Of a stretch of DNA of 64,000 nucleotides, positions 60,092 through 64,000 are shown in pieces; within the stretch, counting starts at the first letter, position 1, and each line of letters begins with the position of its first letter. Origin of the DNA: an uncultured Alphaproteobacteria bacterium. GTDB lineage: Bacteria; Pseudomonadota; Alphaproteobacteria; HIMB59; GCA-002718135. The stretch spans positions 1,212-65,211 of the forward strand of contig CACIBE010000002.1 of assembly GCA_902584805.1 (NCBI GenBank), read 5' to 3'. The translations under genes were made by a program, and so were the position numbers. The notes below the pieces were generated by a model, which worked only from the letters and a program-made list of their open reading frames with translations, searched no databases and was not told the DNA's origin.

Positions 60092-61552
60092 ATGAAACAA
60101 AACTATTTTGAGCCAACTTGGTCATCAATAAAACAACATCAAACACCAAATTGGTTTAAAAAAGCGAAGTTTGGTATTTATGCTCATTGGGGAATCTATT
60201 CTGTTCCAGCTGCTGGACCCAATGTGACCTGGTATCCTTATTGGATGTATAGACCACCTAGTCCTCAGTTTGATTATCATTGTAAACATTATGGTCATCC
60301 ATCTAAATTTGGATATAAAGATTTTATACCAATGTTTACTGCTGAAAAATTTAATGCAGAAGAGTGGGCAGATTTGTATTATCGATCTGGAGCAAAATTT
60401 GCTGGACCAGTAGCAGAGCATCATGATGGTTTTCCAATGTGGAATTGTTCTGATACTGAATGGTGTGCATCCAAGATGGGGCCAAAAAGAGATATTGTTG
60501 GAGAACTTGCTAAAGCAATTAGAAACAAAGGGATGAAATATATGGTAGCAATGCATCATGCTGAAAACTGGTTTTTTTTCCCACACTGGAATAATGATTT
60601 TGATACATCAAAAAAGGAATATGAAAGTTTATATGGTGAACTTCACAATTTAGATTTAATAGGAAATCAGGCTGTATATCCTGATCATTGGGGTAGAAAA
60701 AATGAACATCAAGACAAGCCTAGTAAAGCTTTTCATGATAGATGGTTAAATAGATTAAAAGAAGTAGTAGATAATTATAAACCAGACTATGTATGGTTTG
60801 ATTTTGGAATTAGATTTATTCATGAAAAGTATAAAAAAGATTTTCTTTCATATTATTATAACAAAGAAACTGAGTGGGGTAATGAAGTAGTTGTATCTTA
60901 TAAATGGCATGATCTTCCCCCCGGCTCTGGATTATTAGATCTTGAACAAGGAAGAGAGTCAGAATTAACCCACTATGATTGGATTACTGATACCACAGTC
61001 CACGATGGAAGTGCTTGGGCTTATATGAAGAATTCAAAATATAAAACTACGACAGATTTAGTTCACTACTTAATAGATAATGTTAGTAAAAATGGATACA
61101 TGCTCTTAAATATTGGGCCAAAACCTGATGGAACAATTCCAGAAGAAGATAAAAATCTTTTAGAAGGTATTGGAAATTGGCTTGATGTAAATGGAGAAGC
61201 AATATTTGAAACAGAAACATGGGATCAATATGGAGAAGGCCCAACTAAAATGAATGAAGCAGGACCTTTTTCAGATAATCGAGCAAAACTAATTTATACT
61301 GCTAAAGATTTTAGGTTCACTACAAAAGATAATTTTTTGTATGCAACTGCATTAGGATGGCCTAGCAAAGATTTTACTATAGAAAGTATATATAAACTTT
61401 TTGATAATGAAATTGAAAGGGTAGAATTATTAGGAAGTACTGATAAAGTAGAATGGAAACATACCAGAGATGGACTCCATATAACAAGACCAGATAATAA
61501 ACCATGTGAGCATGCATACAGTTTTAAAATAACAAGAAAGGAATATTTATAA
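60092..61552 (+). CDS. Alpha-L-fucosidase (GH29), no signal peptide
   Basis: WFKKAKFGIYAHWG.YSVP, EHHDGF, WFD nucleophile motif, VSKNGYMLLNIGP..DG, NGEAI. Confidence 0.9.
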   Translation: MKQNYFEPTWSSIKQHQTPNWFKKAKFGIYAHWGIYSVPAAGPNVTWYPYWMYRPPSPQFDYHCKHYGHPSKFGYKDFIPMFTAEKFNAEEWADLYYRSGAKFAGPVAEHHDGFPMWNCSDTEWCASKMGPKRDIVGELAKAIRNKGMKYMVAMHHAENWFFFPHWNNDFDTSKKEYESLYGELHNLDLIGNQAVYPDHWGRKNEHQDKPSKAFHDRWLNRLKEVVDNYKPDYVWFDFGIRFIHEKYKKDFLSYYYNKETEWGNEVVVSYKWHDLPPGSGLLDLEQGRESELTHYDWITDTTVHDGSAWAYMKNSKYKTTTDLVHYLIDNVSKNGYMLLNIGPKPDGTIPEEDKNLLEGIGNWLDVNGEAIFETETWDQYGEGPTKMNEAGPFSDNRAKLIYTAKDFRFTTKDNFLYATALGWPSKDFTIESIYKLFDNEIERVELLGSTDKVEWKHTRDGLHITRPDNKPCEHAYSFKITRKEYL

Positions 61553-61876
61553 ATGATTAGATTAGGTATGACTCTTGGAATTAAAGAGGAAAAAATAGAA
61601 GAATATAAAAAACTTCATGCAAATGTTTGGCCTGAAGTCTTAGAAAATTTAACAGAACTTAATTTTAAGAATTATTCTATATATTTGCATAAAAATACTC
61701 TTTTTGGATATGTTGAATATCACGGAGACAATCTTGATAGAGATAACAAGTTAATGGCTTCAAACCCTAAAGTTCAAGAGTGGTGGAGTGTTTGTGGACC
61801 ATGTCAAATTCCAGACCCAAATAGAAAAAAAGGAGAATGGTGGTCTAGTATGGAAGAAGTTTTTCATCACGACTAA
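61553..61876 (+). CDS. L-rhamnose mutarotase family protein (probably acting on L-fucose here)
   Basis: EYKKLH..VWPEV, NYSIY, WW, MEEVFHHD. Confidence 0.85.
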   Translation: MIRLGMTLGIKEEKIEEYKKLHANVWPEVLENLTELNFKNYSIYLHKNTLFGYVEYHGDNLDRDNKLMASNPKVQEWWSVCGPCQIPDPNRKKGEWWSSMEEVFHHD

Positions 61877-61884
61877 AGTTAATT

Positions 61885-62781
61885 ATGAAAATAAAAATTT
61901 GTTCAGTTGGTGAATGTATGATTGAAATTGCCAATACTAAGAATAATATTTTTCAACAATCATTTGCAGGTGATACGCTAAATTTTTGTAACTATATTGA
62001 TAAAAAATATTTTGATGTCTCTTTTTTTACAGCCATTGGTAAAACTAGTGTAAACAGATCAGTTTTGGAATTCATAAATTCTAAAAAAATTTCAACAAAA
62101 TTAATCAAGCAAGTTAATAGTCATGAAATTGGTTTATATTTAATTAAGAATAGAAATAACGGAGAAAAACAATTTTTTTATTGGAGAGATAATAGTGCAG
62201 CAAAATATTACTTTAATAAGATAGATTTTGTTTCATTATTTAAAAATTTGAAGAATTTTGATTATATCTATTTTTCTGGAATTACACTTTCAATTATTGA
62301 TCCATCTAAAATAAGTAATTTTGTTAATTTGTTAAAATTATTAAATAATAAAAAAGTAAAAATTATCTTTGATTTTAATATTAGAATTAATCGATGGACT
62401 AAAAAAAATTTAAACAATTTTTTGCATTCTATTTTAAATTTCGTTGATATTTGTTTTGTGTCAGGTGAAGATCTTCAATTTTGGAAAAATGATAATAGTT
62501 TAAGTAATTTTGAAAAATTAATAAATAAATACAAAATAGATCATGGTATATTTAGAAAAAATGCTAAATTAACTTACTCAATTCAAAATAAAAAAAAATA
62601 TACAATAAGAAATAAATTTATTAGAAAAGTAATTGATACTTCAGGAGCTGGAGATGGATTTAATGCTGCCTACGTATCAAATTTTATTATTCATAACGAT
62701 CCAGCTTTAGCTCTGAAAGAAGCCAGTCTTCTGGGCTCGAAGATAATCATGCAAAAAGGAGCAATAGTTGATGTTAAATAG
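61885..62781 (+). CDS. kdgK: 2-keto-3-deoxygluconate kinase (PfkB family)
   Basis: GECMIE, AGDTLN, GLY, F.YWR..SAA, SGITL, FD.NIR, DTSGAGDGFN. Confidence 0.85.
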   Translation: MKIKICSVGECMIEIANTKNNIFQQSFAGDTLNFCNYIDKKYFDVSFFTAIGKTSVNRSVLEFINSKKISTKLIKQVNSHEIGLYLIKNRNNGEKQFFYWRDNSAAKYYFNKIDFVSLFKNLKNFDYIYFSGITLSIIDPSKISNFVNLLKLLNNKKVKIIFDFNIRINRWTKKNLNNFLHSILNFVDICFVSGEDLQFWKNDNSLSNFEKLINKYKIDHGIFRKNAKLTYSIQNKKKYTIRNKFIRKVIDTSGAGDGFNAAYVSNFIIHNDPALALKEASLLGSKIIMQKGAIVDVK

Positions 62782-63331
62782 CGAATTACAATTAAAACTA
62801 AAAGAACAAAAAATTTTACCAATTCTTAATACTACAACTGTAAGCAATGATATTGATCGCTTAAGCAAATATTTAGAGAAAAATAGATCTATTCGATATA
62901 TTGAAGTAACACTGAGAGAAAATCAATCTTTTGATATAGCATTAGAATTACAAAAACATTTTACTAAACATAAATTTGGGTTGGGGTCAGTTTTAACAAA
63001 AGAAGATTTTATTAAAGGTCAAGATCATAATTTTAACTTTTTTGTTTCTCCTGGAATTGTTGATGAGGTTTTAGAAATTAATAATTTATTATATATTCCT
63101 GGAGCTGAAACAGTTAGTGAATTTATATATCTATATAAAAAAGGTTATAAAATAATTAAATTTTTTCCAGCAAATTTAAATGGAGAGCAAAAAAAATTAC
63201 AATCAATTGAAAATATTCTAAAGGATATAAAATTTATTCCAACAGGTGGAGTCAATAAAGATAATATTAATAAATATCTAGATTTAAAAAATGTTTTATG
63301 TGTTGGAGCTTCAAATTTCGAAGAGTTTTAA
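62771..63331 (+). CDS. eda: KDPG/KHG aldolase
   Basis: IEVTLR, G.GSV, FFVSPG, IPG, IKFFPA, FIPTGGV. Confidence 0.85.
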   Translation: MLNSELQLKLKEQKILPILNTTTVSNDIDRLSKYLEKNRSIRYIEVTLRENQSFDIALELQKHFTKHKFGLGSVLTKEDFIKGQDHNFNFFVSPGIVDEVLEINNLLYIPGAETVSEFIYLYKKGYKIIKFFPANLNGEQKKLQSIENILKDIKFIPTGGVNKDNINKYLDLKNVLCVGASNFEEF

Positions 63332-64000
63332 TTTACTTTTGTCATAGTACAAAGCATTTCAAAGGCAATTGTTGCTCCTACTAATGAAGTCATATTATTT
63401 ACATCAAATGGTGGTGATACCTCTACAACATCACCTCCTACAAAATTGATTTTGTTTAGTGCTCTTATAATAGTTTGTGCCTCTCTCACATTAAAACCTC
63501 CAACTTCTGGAGTGCCAGTACCTGGTGCAAAAGTTGGGTCTATTCCATCAATATCAAATGTAAAATAAGTATCTGTATGAACTAGAACTTCATAAATTTT
63601 TTCAATACATTTATTAAATCCCATTTCATAATAATCATCTATAGTAATAATAGTTACACCTTGTTCTCTAGCCCAACTTAAATCTTCAGGATCATATAAA
63701 GCTCCACGAAGACCAAGGATTACATATTTTTTTGGATCAATTAGATTTTCTTCTATAGCTCTTCTAAATGGTGTGCCATGAGTATATTTAAATCCTCCAA
63801 AATAAGTGTCCCAAGTATCAGAATGAGAATCAAACTGAAATAAACCGATTGGTTTTTCTTTTGCTATACCTCTAAGAATTGGTAGGCTAATTAAGTGATC
63901 ACCTCCAATTGATAATGGTATTGTTTTGGAATTATAAATATTTGAGTAAAATTTTTCTATTTTATCTAAACTATCATTTAGGTCTGCTGGATTTACCGGA
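63328..64000 (-). CDS. Ureohydrolase (agmatinase/guanidino-acid hydrolase), 5'-truncated by the window edge
   Basis: The frame stays open to the edge: PVNPADL...GGDHLI...FDSHSDTW...HGTPFRRA...TFDIDGIDP..APGTGTPEVGG. Confidence 0.88.
   Translation of the reverse strand, partial: PVNPADLNDSLDKIEKFYSNIYNSKTIPLSIGGDHLISLPILRGIAKEKPIGLFQFDSHSDTWDTYFGGFKYTHGTPFRRAIEENLIDPKKYVILGLRGALYDPEDLSWAREQGVTIITIDDYYEMGFNKCIEKIYEVLVHTDTYFTFDIDGIDPTFAPGTGTPEVGGFNVREAQTIIRALNKINFVGGDVVEVSPPFDVNNMTSLVGATIAFEMLCTMTKVN

Noticed and set aside
628-60586. Short ORFs of 60-153 aa overlapping the long genes (e.g. 628, 803, 9203, 11824, 36556, 37094, 52524, 60125)
   Set aside because: They are antisense or alternate-frame shadows of well-supported genes and have no recognisable motifs.
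63328-63624. Apparent 98-aa truncated agmatinase pseudogene
   Set aside because: The frame is open to the window edge with intact motifs, so the truncation is a window artefact.
1-64000. CRISPR arrays, tRNA/rRNA, riboswitches, IS, prophage or defence genes
   Set aside because: None was seen; all spacers are under about 150 bp and AT-rich. A covariance-model search would be needed to exclude small RNAs.

Overview
A very AT-rich (about 30% GC by eye), densely packed bacterial window with tiny spacers, overlapping convergent gene ends and one transcription factor in about 58 genes. This fits a streamlined marine alphaproteobacterium such as SAR11/Pelagibacterales (inference). Almost all of it is accessory catabolism, in five blocks. 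(1) 0.1-14.2 kb: an uncharacterised LacI-linked cluster with an HpsN-type HisD paralog, five SnoaL/NTF2-fold proteins, a bicupin, a MetE-like enzyme, a sugar ABC transporter, an Asp-less HAD protein and an SDR; a TATTCA-N6-TGAATA palindrome recurs in all three divergent promoters. (2) 14.2-21.2 kb: pta, an omega-aminotransferase, ald, a second MetE-like gene and a phosphonate monoester hydrolase-like sulfatase. (3) 21.3-37.1 kb: an Opp-type ABC transporter, oxidoreductases and an apparent mosaic sulfoquinovose/sulfolactate pathway (GH188-like sulfoquinovosidase, fucose-isomerase-fold isomerase, YihV-like kinase, SlcC-like dehydrogenase, split archaeal-style ComD/ComE). (4) 37.2-52.3 kb: hexuronate uptake and catabolism. 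(5) 52.4-63.3 kb: oxidative L-fucose utilisation with a GH29 fucosidase, then kdgK and eda. No RNA genes, CRISPR arrays or mobile elements were recognised. All family calls rest on motifs and recalled reference proteins, not on database searches.
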